Position numbers and translations under genes: made by a program
Shown: positions 1-14,229 of the stretch, in pieces
Layout of the letters: each line of letters opens with the position of its first letter
Numbering within the stretch: the first letter of the stretch is position 1
The notes under the pieces: generated by a model
Databases searched by the model: none
Seen by the model: the letters and a program-made list of their open reading frames with translations, nothing else
Told to the model about the DNA's origin: nothing
DNA from: Yuukianura sp. NJ FZ-2021
Lineage: Eukaryota
Direction of reading: 5' to 3'
Assembly (NCBI GenBank): GCA_046563655.1
Contig: CM102284.1
Location: 5,208,001-5,272,000, forward strand
Length of the DNA: 64,000 nt

Positions 1-1944
1 TGAAATTAATACTTGTACAACACAAACTCAAAAAACTCGAACAGCAATATTTCCTGCACTTTTCGAATTCCATAAAAGTTAATGTGATTTCCAAAATGTA
101 GAATGTACTATTTACAGCTAAAAAGTAATTTAAACCGAACAATTTAGTTAAACGAGTAACCAATACTAGCACCTAATCATGATTTTAATTACTAGCAAAG
201 GTAGCACTCTGGGCAAGCAAACAGCAGCATTAATAATTCAAAGCAAAATCAAAGCTCATTTACAAATTTAGTAAGTTGTCATTAGAATTAACTGTTAAAT
301 TAAACTTAACTCTAACTGAAAACAGATCTTTGGTCTCAGTAGATCTAGTTTTAGGTGCTTGAGTCACAAGGTTCATAATTTCTAAATTAACAATCTAAAA
401 TTAACAAAGCACTTTCATTTTTTCAAAAAGTGTGTGAACGTTTCATGGACGCATGGAACTGGACATTGGGATTATTGGAGGTGCTAAGTGATGTACATAA
501 ATTTCGGTGTGTTTGTTCTAAAAAACATTGTTAATCATAACCTCTTTAGCATTTTGTCTCACTAGACGTGTGATTTTAGCACCTCTAAAAACTAATTGTT
601 TAGAAAGTACGTTAAAAACCGCACTCATTATTAACCAAATACCAAAATGCGTGTGACAAATTTCAAACCAGTTGATCTGAAATATTGTTCATTCGTCTTA
701 GAACTGTTTAGTATCTTTAAAAAACGTGTTGGGTTTGTTTGGAATTGGGTACCCTTGAAGGGTACATGTGGTAAAACGTAAACTTTGTGTTAGTTGTTAC
801 GTTTAGCAAGGTTAAGGAGTCTCCTGATGGGTCAACGCGACTAAAGCATTCCAAAAACTTAACAAAAGTTAAATAATTAAATAAAGACGTTCATTTCAAG
901 TCCTTCAAAATTTTATTTTGAATTTTGAAATTTTGAAACTGAACTTAATAGTTTTGAAGGCGTCGTTCGATTTTCCACGAATTTTTGTGCCAAAAGTTTT
1001 CTTGTAAGAATCAGTTCTTGAAATATTTGAAACCGAATTTGGGTAATTCTTTTAGGAAGGATGGTTTTTTCAAATTCAAAATTTTCAAAGTTTTTTCAAA
1101 AATCAAATTCGCTGGTTTTTATCTTGCAGAATTTTTTTTTGATCAATTGATCAATATTTTTTGTTTTATCTTCTAACCTCGATTTTTTTTCTTGTAAGAT
1201 CGGTGTTTTAGATTATAAAATTTGTTTTTTAAAAATCTTTTAAGTCGATTCGTCTGAATTTTAGACATTTTAATTTTGAAATTGTTTAAATCGAAATGAC
1301 TTTTGGAATTAGGTTAGCGATAAGTTAATATATTTACTTGTTTGCCTGTTTTAGTCGCCTAGAGAGAGTGCTGAGCTGACGATGTGTCATAGGTACTTCG
1401 GGGAAATTACCCAATACGCTTTATATGTTTTGCGTTTGTAGAGGTCATGACCTGAACATAGGGAAATCCAGGATTAGTCTCAATGAAAGTCAAAGTGCAA
1501 CTTTTGTTATTTCCTGTTTTTATTATTTTCTACAGGATTGGGACAACTTGTCACCTAAAATCTTGGAAGATGTAATGCTTAGCTCAGGACATTCTGGAAG
1601 AACAGAGACGATGGTGGACCAACGTCATCTCTTCGTATCTCGTAAGTTCTGGAGTGTCAAGTGATATGAAGTGTTGATCCCTTGGGTTTTTTAATTGATT
1701 GTTGACAGCTTATTTGATGGTTTGTTAGTATGTAGGTTTTGGGTGATCATGAATGATGGAGTAATCACAATTTCCACAGCTTCCAGTGTCAACTGCTGAA
1801 AGATGTACTGGAGGACGACGCTTCTTTGGGCACAAGGTTGGAGCATGGGTGGTGGACTGGGGAAGTGACGATAACCAGTGGATTGATGATAAAAGGCACG
1901 AAGATCTGGACATCTTGAACGAGTTTCCTTCGGTCGCTTGAAGA

Positions 1945-4900
1945 ATGGAGTCAGCGAAGATGTCTGGACATCGCTGGAAACCGATCAACCGTTTCTGTGC
2001 TACTGTTCTCGTGACTTTTACTCTACTTAATTCAGGTCTTACAGGTGAGATTTTAACACTTTGTTTAAGATTTCTCCAATTCAGATTTAATTTAACACAC
2101 TTTGAAAACGTTCATTGACATTTTCTACTTATTTTCAGCTCCTTCAGATTCAGCAGAGGGTGAGCAATCCACTTCTTTTTTTCTTAAAAAAAAGCTTTTG
2201 AATTTCTAACTCGAACGTAGCAATTAGCAAGCAATAACAAGATGCGTCGTTGCAAATTGGAAAGGAAAGCCAATAATCAATCATCAATCCTGTCCGAAAT
2301 TGAAATTTAATTTTCAAAAGAGCAAACCTAAAATTTAAACAGTTTAAATTTCGAAAATGAATTTGAAAAGTGTTCAATTTCAAAAATTAGTTTAAAAATT
2401 AAGGAAAAGCCTTTGAAAAATTTAATTGCATCCCGATATGTTTCCATTCAGACGACATGCGACACCCTTTGGTTAATTTCCATCTACAGTGAAACTGCCG
2501 AAAAATATGTTCAAAGTTTTTCAAATTCACTTTGTTTCCAAAATTCTGCTTTCACAACTTTCTGAATTGATTTCTTTACCGTTGAAAACTTAATACTGAT
2601 GAAACTTGTCCGATTTATCGGTGGGATTCAAAGATCGGATGAGTTGTAGATTTGCATGAATGATCTGTTGGAAAAAGAGATTTTGAAACTTTCGCCGAAA
2701 ATTTTAAGCGAATTCCGGAATTCACTGAAAAATAAAGTTTCATAAAATTCAGTTAAAAGGAAGGATTCATTACGTAACATAGGTTAGTGTATTCTGACTT
2801 AAATTTTCGGAAAAGAAAAATAGCGCAACATCTGGGAATTTTGATTTTATGTAAGCATTTTTTGATAAGAAGTTTATTTTATGATGCTCTTGCTTGCTTT
2901 TAGGCTTGACACTGAAGTATGAACCTGGAAAAACCTATACCTATGAATACGAGACGACATCGGTGATAAAGCTTTTGGGAACGAGCGATGAGCAAAGTCA
3001 AGTCCAACTCAAAGGTTATGTTCACTTGACCCCTTCGACCAAGAATGACTTTGTTTTGACTCTGGGAGATTTCGTGCTCGATGTCACAAGTCCCAACGAA
3101 AAGGTTATCTGGACACAGAGAGCAATTAATCAAACAATATCAGCAACTTTATGTCACCCACACTTCATGATGCAACTTCTATTTTTAGCTTGCGTCTCCA
3201 GTTTCACCCCTCAAAGGATCTTCATCTCGGTTCACTACAGATGCAGGGGTCATCCAGAACTTTTATGTCAAAGGAGACGAATCTCCCTGGGTAGCCAATT
3301 ATCACAGAGCCATTGTGTCAGCGTTCAACAACTATGCTCTCAAGGACAGTCAGCAAGCGTTTTACTTGGAGGTTAGGAGATTTTGATTTTCTAGAGCCTA
3401 AAAATAACTTGGAATTTGCTCTTGACCGATAATCGATTAGTAAATATGTTTAAAGAAATTGTTTTTCTTTGTAGAATGATATCTCTGGATCCGATTGTCC
3501 AACGGAGTACAAAATCAAGTCTGATGGTTCATTCCACAAGAGCCGTGATTTGAACAAATGTAAAAATCGAGATGGAGGTTACACGGAGCAGTATGGCGTC
3601 CCATACGCGACTGACAGTGATGTAAAAAGAATTGAATTTCAGCTTATCAATTTATAAATTGCTTCGTTTTATACGAATTCAGCTCGTTTTCAAAACTTTT
3701 ACAGATTTATTTTTTATTTTCAGGAACCTACGTCAGATACATCAGTTCGGTCGTCTCAAGAATGCATTCAGAAATACGCCAACGGCCTCCTGACCAACGT
3801 CGACTGCAGCGAAGTTCATCGCGTCACACTTCTTTCCCCTGGAAAAGATACTGGTGGCAACGCCCATGTCACGACAAAGCTCCGGTATCAGAGCATTCTT
3901 GCTGCTTCACCTGTAGGATCAATTCCTTCCAAATTGTCATCAATTCTGTTTGACCACGCTGGAACCGATTTGACGTCACCAGCAGATGCTAATGAAATTA
4001 TCGAAGGTTTGGTTGGCAAACTCTGTCTGTCAACAGGAAACAACGGACGGCTCTCATCCGACACCGCCGCGGTCTTCCTCACGCTCAAAGCCAAGATTCG
4101 ATTTGCTTCTAAACAAGTTTTGGAGGCGGTTTACAACAAGCTCAAGGGCGGAAGGATCTGTGAAGTCAAAGGAGCTGAGCTCAACACATTGGTCAAACTG
4201 TACGTCGATGCGGTTCTAATGGCTGGGTCATCCGAGTCAATTGCCTTCGGAGCTCAACTAGTCAACGAAGGAGTCGTTTCCAAGAACAGCGCCAAAAGAT
4301 TCCGAATCTACACCGCCTTTGCAAACAGACCTGGAGAGGCTGCTCTCAAAAGCGTTTTAAGTCTTCTAGATGGTGTCAAAGATACGGCACGAGCTGGAGG
4401 TCCACTGGACGCCAAGTACCTGTTGACCGCTTCTGGAATCGCATACCAATTCTGCCTTACCTCCAAAACAGACTGTGTTACGAACAAGGCCTACACAAGC
4501 TTGGTCAAGAAGATTGCGGAGCTGACTACGAGCAAATGTCAAGGAGCAACTGACAACGACAAGGCGCAGGATGCCGTAATTGCACTCCAGGCTTTGGGAA
4601 ATCTGAACAAATTGACACCCGAAGCAGTAGACTCTATCAAGACTTGCTTAACAGGACAATCAGAAAGAATCAAACTCCATGCTCTTCAGGCAATTCGCAG
4701 AGATCCTTGTCAACATCCAATCCGATTAGAAGCTCGTAACATTTTGAAAAATTCTGGAAATCCAGCTCACCTTCGAATCTCGGCTTATTTGACCTTGACC
4801 CAATGCTACGCGGCAGAAGACAGCTTTGCAATCAGGTCTTTCATCAAAACTGAAGAATCCATTCAGGGTAATTTAAATGCTTTTTAGGTATAAAATGGTG

Positions 4901-7900
4901 ATGGACAGTTTGTTGTAAAAACACTTTTTATTTCCAGTACTTTCATTTATCAAGTCCCACCGTGAAAATGCTTGGAGTCAAAGTGCTAGAGACAAGGACA
5001 TTGATGGCGACCTTTTCTACGGAGTGAACTTCGACAAGCTGCAAAGCGACATCAGGAAATTTTCATCGTCCTTGGCCTTTTCCGATGACCTTGACGATTA
5101 TTCTGCTAATGTGATTTATTCAGACGATTCTTTTCTACCAAAAATTGTATACTCAAACACCAGCGCAAAATTGTTCGGACAAGATTTCGGTTTACTTGAG
5201 GTATGTTGTTGGTATCAAAATTGAAACTAACGAACAAACTCAATTTTATTTAAATTGTAACTTAATTAATTTCATTTAGTTTGGAGCCCATCTTGGTGGC
5301 TTGGAACAAGATGCCATGGAAAAAGCTTTCGGCGAAAATCCATCTCGATTCTGGGAGGATGCCCGTCGAAGACCAAGAAGACAATCAGGCCTTGGCGGTC
5401 CAACGCTCAACCAAAATGAAATTGACACTTTCCATGCCAAAGTGCGAGTACCGCAACGTAAAACCGTACCCAGCGACATCTATCTCCGAGTTTTCGGTAC
5501 AACAGTCTATGCCACCAGTTTCACCATGGACGACCTCGCTCTCAGAAAGCTTTCACGACAAGATTACTTGACTGACCTTTTTGACCGGGTTCTCAAAGGA
5601 GAAGAAGTTCAATTCACCGAAGCTTATCCACTTTACGGTGATGAGCTAATCATTCCGACCGTGTCTGGCTTATCACTTTGGATTCAAAATGAGGGTGCGG
5701 CCATCTTCTCCCTCAAGTTCTCTTACACCGGCTCCGAAAACATGGTCACCTTTAACCCCAAAATCAGCCCTGGTATCTCCACTGCCAACAACATGAAATT
5801 GACCATTGCAGGAGAAATCATTGAAGCTGGTCTACGAGCAGAAACGACAGCAGCTGCCTCAACAGACATTTCTGTAACTGGGAAACTATCAGCGACTGAT
5901 GATCAGTATGGATGCGAGGTCAGAATTGCAATGCCAGCAAACGAGGTCAAACTTGTTGAATTCTCCAACGAACTCTTCTGGATTCTGCAATCTCGTCATG
6001 TGGACTATGATCTGAAACAGAAAATGACCACGAAGAATTCACCAGTCGTTGATACTGGTGTGCTATGTACCAAATACTTGCAGATTGTCACCGGAATTAA
6101 GAAGTGCTTTCAAGCACAGTTGCCACCAGCCGCCGGGCGTAAAATTCCAAGCTTCCCACTTTCCGGACCTGCCAAAGTCAAACTGACTTTAAGTCCACCG
6201 GCCGGCGCCAGAGAGTTGGTTCTCAAATTTACTGCTTCAAAACCAGGTTCGTCAAGAACCCGAATTTTTCTGAATTAAAACAAAAACGAAAACATTTAAG
6301 TTACTAAATTATTTACGATTTCAGAAGCTGGCGGACTTGTTGCCGAAATTGACGCCCCCGGCGCTACTGAAAACATCAAATCCGTATTCAAAACTAATCT
6401 GGTCACTGAAAGCGGCTACGAAAAATTCACACTTGACCTTGACTCTCCAAAATTGAAGGCGGGTTTTTCATGTGAGAATGTTTTAGAAATCTTACAATTT
6501 TTGAGCATTTTTCAGAAAAAAAAACCTTAACTAAAAATAATTTTGCTTTGTATTTCGTTAGCTTCTCGCGCCGTTGAAATTCCCGGAGTTCGTGATTTGA
6601 CCTTGAAGGTTTATCGAGACGATCAGCACTATTCAGTCAATTTCAAGCGACAGGAATCCGAAGACACGGCGACTCAAGTCGAAAGCAAATCTTATGCCAT
6701 CAGCTACACCTGGCCAAAACAACGAGAAGTAGAGGTGTTCAGCCTTGACATGTCCGAAGCTATTCCCGGGTCAAACAAAATTTACCGCTCACTTGCTGTC
6801 AAAGTCAACGACTTCAGTTTGGGTAATCCAGAGGTGAAGCCCTTCGTTGCCTATTCTGGTAAGTATCCAATTCGGCAATTGTTTGACTTAATTTAATAAC
6901 AAGAGAAGTAGTTCTGACATTTCGGCTTTTTTTTTAGTGGTGTTCGATGGAACTATGGGAAATACCCCGGGTCAAGTCCTGAATGCCAACAGTCAGCTAT
7001 CACTCTATGGAAAAAAAGTATTCTCATTCAAAGGATCCGGAAAGACGTTGACAGAAACGACGGTATATCTTGACTTGGATGGAACTATCAACATTGCGGG
7101 TAAAGATGAAGACATTAACATCAAAGGAGAACTTTCTGGATTGGGCGTAGGAGGACAACCAACAAAGAAGGGATTCAAAGGAACGACGAAGTCTGTCTCT
7201 CGTCCAGTGCTAAATGGCGACATCGAAGTTTCTGTCGACAAACCAGAACCAAATTTATGGAAAAACATCTTCATTATCAAATCACCCAAATTTGAGCTGA
7301 GTGTTGCGGAAAATATTGACATGAGAGATGGCAAATTTAAAATCAATTATGACGGAAAAGGTAACTAAAATCCTATTTACTGTTTAACTTTTTCTGGCAT
7401 GGGTTTTCAAAACTTATATGTATGGATTCTTTTTTAGTAATCTGCCAAGAATTGCAAATCAACAAGGAAAAGAAGTACGACGTTGAATTTACACCGGAGA
7501 AAGTTCTAGTCGACTTCAGATACGCTTCAGATAAAAAAACTGTAGCTGACATCAAATTCAACTTGAATCGACTTACTAAGGCTTACGATACTGAAATTTT
7601 GGTAATTTTTTCTAAATCTTTTGCCATTGATTGAACTGAATTTTCAGACAATTATATTTGTTTTACTGTTTTTTTTTAGTTTTTCATCTCAGGCAAGAAA
7701 AATTTGTTCAAATCCAAGAACACCCAGACTGGCGACCGTCTCGTTTTTGAGCACAGTGCTGAAGTTGAAGGAAAGTTTACTGGATCAGTTAAGACTGAAA
7801 TTTTCGACTCCAAGGATAACGAAGGAAGCTGGAAAAACCGAGAAACAACGCTCACAAGCGACGCTTTTCCAGATGCTTACGCGTGAGTCAAGATAACCTA

Positions 7901-10900
7901 CAAACTTGTAAATTTTTTAAAGAGAAATGCTTCTAAGACAAACTTTCTTTTTCTAAACAGCTTCAAGGTCAAATACAATGTGGATGCCATCTTCCTCAAA
8001 GCCATTCGTGGATCACAAGAGATGGCCGCATTCAGCGTTTCAAACAAAGTTGACCAAGATTGGACACACAACTGTCTGATTGACATTTCAGCTGAGAAGC
8101 TTATCGTAGCCAGTGTTGGAGTCAGGTGTAATTCAAAGCAAGAACGAGTTGAAATCGTCAGTTCAGTGACACAACCACCACACACTGGGCCACAACGTGT
8201 TGCCAAATTGGTACTTGTCGGAAAGGGAGCGAATGATCAGGCAGGAGAAAAAACTTTTGGAGTTTCGTTTGATCTCAAAATGGATGCTGGCAAAGACCCA
8301 CAAAGTACTTTTGCTCTGACGAATAACAACAAATGGAAGCAATCGTCTGGAGGGTTTGCTCTGGATTCCACGTAAGTGAAACGTCTTTCGCACTTTATTT
8401 GAAAACCTGAAAAATTTTTAAACAAAAAAATTGCTTCCTCTTCCGTTTAGCAATGCGATTGTCGTGAAAGGAAAAAGTCGCACGGCAAACTTCAAGGTCA
8501 ATGGAGAACAACAACCAGAGGCTCAGACATTGTCTTTGACCTTTGACCATGTCAGTCCGGATGGAAAAGCTGACAAGTTGGAAGTTTCAGCACTACATGA
8601 ATACCCACATGGAAAAGTCATGGGCACCCTAAAGTTTGAAGGATTTGGCGAAGGAGGAACACTTCAAGTCGGACTCCAAAATATAAATGCTGTACACAAC
8701 GTTGGGGACTTTGTTGCAAAATACACATGTCTCAAGAAGGGAAAGATTTTTGACATTTCAGTCTCCACACAGAAAAGTGCAACTGGACGAACCTTTTCAT
8801 CTTCCATCAGTGGATTTGGACAGGTCATTGAAGGTGGAATTCAACAAGACGTTTCTGTTGAAACTGGAGCAGGAAAGCACAAGATTAACTTTCTTGGAAA
8901 ATATGCCAAGAGAGCCATTTATTTGAATGCCAATCTCGAAAAAATCAAGGGAACTACGCTCAAGAAAATCATTTTTGATTTGGATTTTGATCGAAATTAT
9001 CAAAAAGAAAACGGAGCTGCACTCACCACCAAAACTACTTTCGCATACCGTTACAACACCGTTTCCGATTTTGAGGTATATTTTTTGAAACCTTTATTTT
9101 TTATGAAACCTTTATATTAAAACATAGATTTTAATTACGTTTCTTTTATCTTTTAGTTACAATCAACCGGACAATACGAATTGAAACGTGACGGCAAGTT
9201 TGTGCACAGCTTCAGTCGCAATGTCAAAGCCAGTCCAGGAAGCCTAAACGTTGAATCCAAAAGCACGTTTCAATATGGCGACAACGCACCAGAGAAGAGC
9301 GAACTGAAACTGAATTTGGAAAATTCCGATAAAAAGGTGGTCGTCGTTGTCGACTTGGAGAGCAAAGTCCTTGCCCTGATCAGCGGTAACGAAAACGTCC
9401 AACCACGAATTGACTTTGATTTTGAAACGACGAAGAACATCGATGACCTTCAATTCCTCTTGTCACTCAAATTGCCAACTGACAAATTCCAATCCGGATC
9501 GCTGAACATCAAACGTACAGTTGCAGGAGCTACTAGAACTTCAAAAGTAACTGGAAAATTGAACCAAGAACAAGTCGATATCGAAGCCAGCGTGTACCTA
9601 ACTGAGGCCAAGAAAACTGCTGACATTTCCTTGAAACTCAACAACGAAACACCCAAGAAACTTAGTCTCAAATACGATACTGCTGGGGGAGTAAGTGTGC
9701 TTGGAGTTTGTTTGAACCGTCTTAGCTGGTAACCGACAAAACTAATTAATTTGCATTTTTATAGCATGTAGCGGAGGCGACATACAAATGGGGAGACAAT
9801 GGACAAGTTCTGACATCCAAGGGGTCCATGACAAAAGACGCCAATGATGGTTTCACAGCTAAATTTGAATTCGACGTTCCAGCGATGAACCAGCAATGGA
9901 ATCTGGAAGTTGCTCGACAAGTGACAGCTACCAAGAAGAGCACCTCGTTTGTCGCAACAAGTACACGCAGTAAACAACACATCAAGTAAGAAGCGATGTG
10001 AATCTTTTTAGTGATATCAATGGTTTCGATTTTTTAACCCGTTCATTATGTCATGTTTAGATTCACCGGAACGCAAGAACACACCCAGAAATCCGCGTAC
10101 AGTGGCTCACTCAACATTGATTTGGCAGCGCCCAATGACAAATACGATTTTGATGGAACGCTTCAACTTGTTCTTGACAAGTCACAACCAGCTAAAAGTC
10201 TTTTATTCAAATTGGATTACGTTGTTGGAGAAGACAAGCGAAGTCGATCAGTAGCACTTGACACTGCTGTTTCACCTGATGAGAAACACATTATCGCAAA
10301 ACTGAGTCTGACTCCAGAAAATACGTTCCAACTCAAATCAACTTTGAAGACGCAAGAATTGGAAAATTCATTTGAATTTTCACTCACAAATCCAAGTCAT
10401 GGTCTGGATGCAACTGCTTCTGCTGGACTAACTCTTTCCGCTGACCGTAAAACAAGATTGACCTCTGTCAAGTACTCGCTGGCTCATTCTTCGCTCAAGA
10501 GCAAAAAGGAGCTTGGAATTTCTTTGTACAAAAAACCTGGAACTGGAAATGATCTCGAAGTAACCAAGTCTGAGGTAGTATATTATTTTCAAAAAATGGA
10601 AAAGTTGAAAAAATATTTTCAGGTTTCTAATTTGTATTACTCATCTGAATTTTCAGATCTCTTCAGCACCTTCTACAGTTTCCACAAGAGGATTCGAGTT
10701 GACCTTGCCAGAACGAACTTACGGTGCTCACATCGTCCACGCTGACTGGAGTGACGCAGATGCCAGGGCAGGAGAGCTCAACCTTTGGTTCGACAAGAAA
10801 GCAGCACCAAATCAGAAGTTGACGATTGGATACGCGTGTTCCAAGCCAAGCGTCGAAGAAGAACAGGGTGGAGACTTTGCTTTTATTATTCGACACCACA

Positions 10901-13900
10901 AATTGCAGAAAGTAAGTTCGCCTTTTTACTTTCATGAAATCATTTCTCGAAATCTAAATTGTAATTTTTCCGCAGGATTTGAGAATCAAAAGCAGATACC
11001 GCTACAACGCCAGCAGCAGCAAAATTTTTGAAGCACGAACTGACCTTGATGTTTTCAAACGAGCAGAAGACAAACTTTCGTTCAAAGTCGAGTTAAACCA
11101 TGACGTCAACTCCGACAATTACACCTTTGTTCACGGACTTTACTCTGATGTATGATGTCAATTTATAGATTCTTCAACCAAGCAAATTACATCTGCAATA
11201 ATGTCGGTAATTTTTTATTTCGAAAAATAGGGTCTAGGAATGGTGATGGAATCAAGATGCGAGGGAATTACCATCGACTTTCCAAGGTACACTTCGATTT
11301 GCACAATCACGCACAAGCATCCAAACATTGCCCCCATCAAGTACAAAGCCGTAACGAACATTTACGTTCGTGAAGGATACGAAGTCAAGTCGCTGTTTCA
11401 GGTACATTAGACGCATCTCTGACCACTCCAATTTTTGACTTCGAAAATTTGACCTTTTTTTCTGATTTGTTAGGTTTACAATGGAGATGAGAGGATCTTC
11501 CATTTTAAACGTTCTGTCGATCTTAGCGATGAGTCACAAATTTCTGTCCGATCACAGTTGCAACTTCCAGGGATGACTGATATTCGAAACATCAATGCCC
11601 GATTGGTACGAAAGCCATTCCGATTAAGCTTGTCAACAAATCCATCTTCATCGAAGGATGTCACTGGATTCTGGATTGGGGCCACTAGCGTTCAAGGCGG
11701 TGGTTTCGGACTTTCACGAACTGATGAAGCTGGAGAAAAGAAAGATCTGGTTGCGTTCAGTGCTAACGTACAATCGAAGAAATTGAAAATTGATTTTGAT
11801 TGGAGCAAAGAAAACATTGCTGCTTATTTGGTAAGTTTTTCCAACCCCAACTACTTTAATACATAATCGTAACTTTTTGAGAGCTTATGCTAAAAAATAA
11901 AATTAATTTTCAGGCTTATTTGGTAAGACGTGGACTAGAAATTGAAAAATCAGCAGTCAAGACTTGTGACCAGGTTAACAAACAAGAATGGGAAGCTCGG
12001 CAATCATTCCGGAAGACCCTCAGAGCAGCATCTCAAGATTTCGAACCAATTTTGCAGTGGTATGAAACTCAGTTGACCCAAATCGGCAGCAAGTACGGTG
12101 CAGAACCTGTCAAATTCCGTGAGTTTTGAAGCTCCTGCAAAGTCTCAGTTAACGTAGTAAGCATTAATTTATAGTAATATAATTACTTTGCAATTTTTGC
12201 AGCACGTGGAAGCATTCTGCGAGACGAAGCTGCTCCTGGACCAAGCCGTTTCGTTGCGAAACTAAAGGCTGCCAACAAATGTCTTCAGGAAAACGCTGAT
12301 TCCATCAATGCGTTTCTGGATTCCATTTCCAAAAAACCAACACTTCCAACTCCCGAAGCAGTGAAAGGTAATTAGTAAAAAGCTCTAATTCCAAGCTAAT
12401 TCGAAGTGAGATTTTGTTAATTTTTTCGTATCTAATTCCTTTCAGAGCGATCAAAGGCAGTTCGTGAATTTGTTGAACGGGTTGCGGGCAAAATCCGAAA
12501 AGTCCTCGGAGAAACAAAAGAACTAAAAGAAAAATTCCCGATTTTGAAAAAACCAGCTAAGAAATTGCGAGAGAAAGTTGTCGCCAAGTTGCAAGCGGTT
12601 GTTGATGAGATCAGTGACGACTTGAACGAAATGTACCCATACGCAGAAGTTAGTCATTTTCTGGAACATTTCCGTAATTACTTTGAAACTGCTCTTCTGG
12701 AACCCGAGAAAATTTCTGCGGAAGACAAGACCGAAATGCTCGGAGATGTTGAGAAGGCCGTAGAGAAGATTCTGTCCAAAACGTACTCCATCAATTTTGC
12801 TGAAGGTCGCATCCGGGCTGAGGTAAAACTTGAGTTCTAGACGTGAAAAATCTAAGGTTTCAATATTTTCAACTGCAATTCAAAAACAAAAAAAAAAACA
12901 CGTTTTAGATTCCACTTTTGAGCAAATTGGGATCACACCAAGGGAGATATGGAGCAGATCATTTTGGAAAAGCCAATTCTGAATGTGTCAAGGAACTCTA
13001 TGACAGTCCAAGGTCAATTCTTCCACCAGTTAACGGTATATCCTGAACCTCATCTTTTCAAACTTCCTAAATTTATTCCCGTTTCCCGGAATTTTATGAG
13101 AATATTTGTGTAACCGACTTTCAGCAACGGCATTCATCGTCGGAAGCAGCAACTACGTAACTTTCGATGGAACGGAAGGAGCTTTCGATAAATTGTGTCC
13201 ATTCATCTTGGCGTCTGATTTTGTCAACAAGAAGTTCACCGTCGCCCTTAATCTTGAGGGAAGTCAAGACACCTATGGACTCTACTCTACTCTCTTTGTC
13301 ACTGATCACAAAACTACCGTTGGAATTCAACGTGGACTCATGCAGGTATTCATATCATCATTCAAAACGTTTGACAACTATTTTAATTTTTGAAATTTTG
13401 AAATTGTATCTTGGACCCACGCTCTTTTTTCTTGACCTAGGTTTCGATCAATGGGAAGAGTTCTCGAGTTGAAGACACTCCAGTTCGCTCTGGAGCTTTC
13501 GTTGTGTACAGAGACGCGTCTTTCGTAATCGTTGAAGGAGACATGGGAATTACAGTTGGATGTAGTGATGCTTTTGGAGTGTGCGCTGTTCAAGTTAGTG
13601 GATTTTACCATGGAAAATTGCAAGGAGTCCTTGGCAAGTACAATAACAATCCCTACGATGACTTGACTTTGCCTACTGGACAGGTACTTCAGAAATTCAA
13701 AATGGTGTCACGCTTTTTAGAAAATCCAGTTTAACTAAATTTTTGATTTTTAGCTATCCACCAACGACGCATCCTTCCAAGCGAGCTGGAAGTTGAACTC
13801 CCAGTGTGGCGGAAGAGTATCAACATTGGGATTGGGTGATACTGCTGCGGTGCTTCCTGGATTGTACAAGTCACTGAAGCAAAAGAGCCTGGACATTGAC

Positions 13901-14050
13901 AACTTTTTCTCCAGGTCATCCAGCGCTCCGTACAAAGCGTTTTACCAAAAATACGCTGCTGTCGCCAGCGCTCCATCTGCGTCACCACTCACATTCATTT
14001 CAATCCTATTTAGCACTCTTCTTGCTCTAATATTGGCACGACTCAACTAA
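1945..14050 (+). CDS. LLTP-A: multi-exon apolipophorin/apoLTP-like large lipid transfer protein (Vitellogenin_N/LLT domain, long beta-rich middle, amphipathic helical region, vWD domain, hydrophobic C-terminal tail)
   Basis: ATG at 1945 opens a signal-peptide-like exon (MESAKMSGHRWKPINRFCATVLVTFTLLNSGLT). A 21-nt exon at 2139-2159 follows, then LKYEPGKTYTYEYET from 2904. LLT motifs: SPWVANYHRAIVS, NDISGSDCPTEY..HKSRDLNKC, IALQALGN, LRISAYLTL, IPTVSGLSL. Furin-type site RRRPRR at 5364-5381. vWD motifs YVTFDG..CPFILASDF and GFYHGKLQGVLGKYNNNPYDD. The junctions I checked splice in frame by GT-AG; not every internal junction was checked. Stop TAA 14048-14050; AATAAA at 14180. Confidence 0.9.
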
Positions 14051-14229
14051 AAAATGTACATAAGCACTTAGCTCTGTTCTTTAATCACAACCAAACCGTA
14101 ATAATTTTAAGTTAGTTGTAAATTAACTTAAAATACTACAGAAATTAGGAATAACTATGAAGACTTATCTTTATACACTAATAAAAGTCACCGCTAACCT
14201 GCCTCGTGTGAAAGAATCAGCCAAAGTTT

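Noticed and set aside
1-1900. Short ORFs and a 10-bp inverted repeat (GAGGTGCTAA near 478, TTAGCACCTC near 576) upstream of LLTP-A
   Set aside because: No recognisable protein, TIR/TSD pair or second copy in the window. It may be old repeat or UTR sequence but cannot be supported.
12119-12202. Apparent premature stop in LLTP-A at 12127-12129, and similar ORF ends elsewhere
   Set aside because: The stop lies in an intron (C|GTGAGT...TTGCAG|CA) and the spliced frame continues, so this is not a pseudogene.
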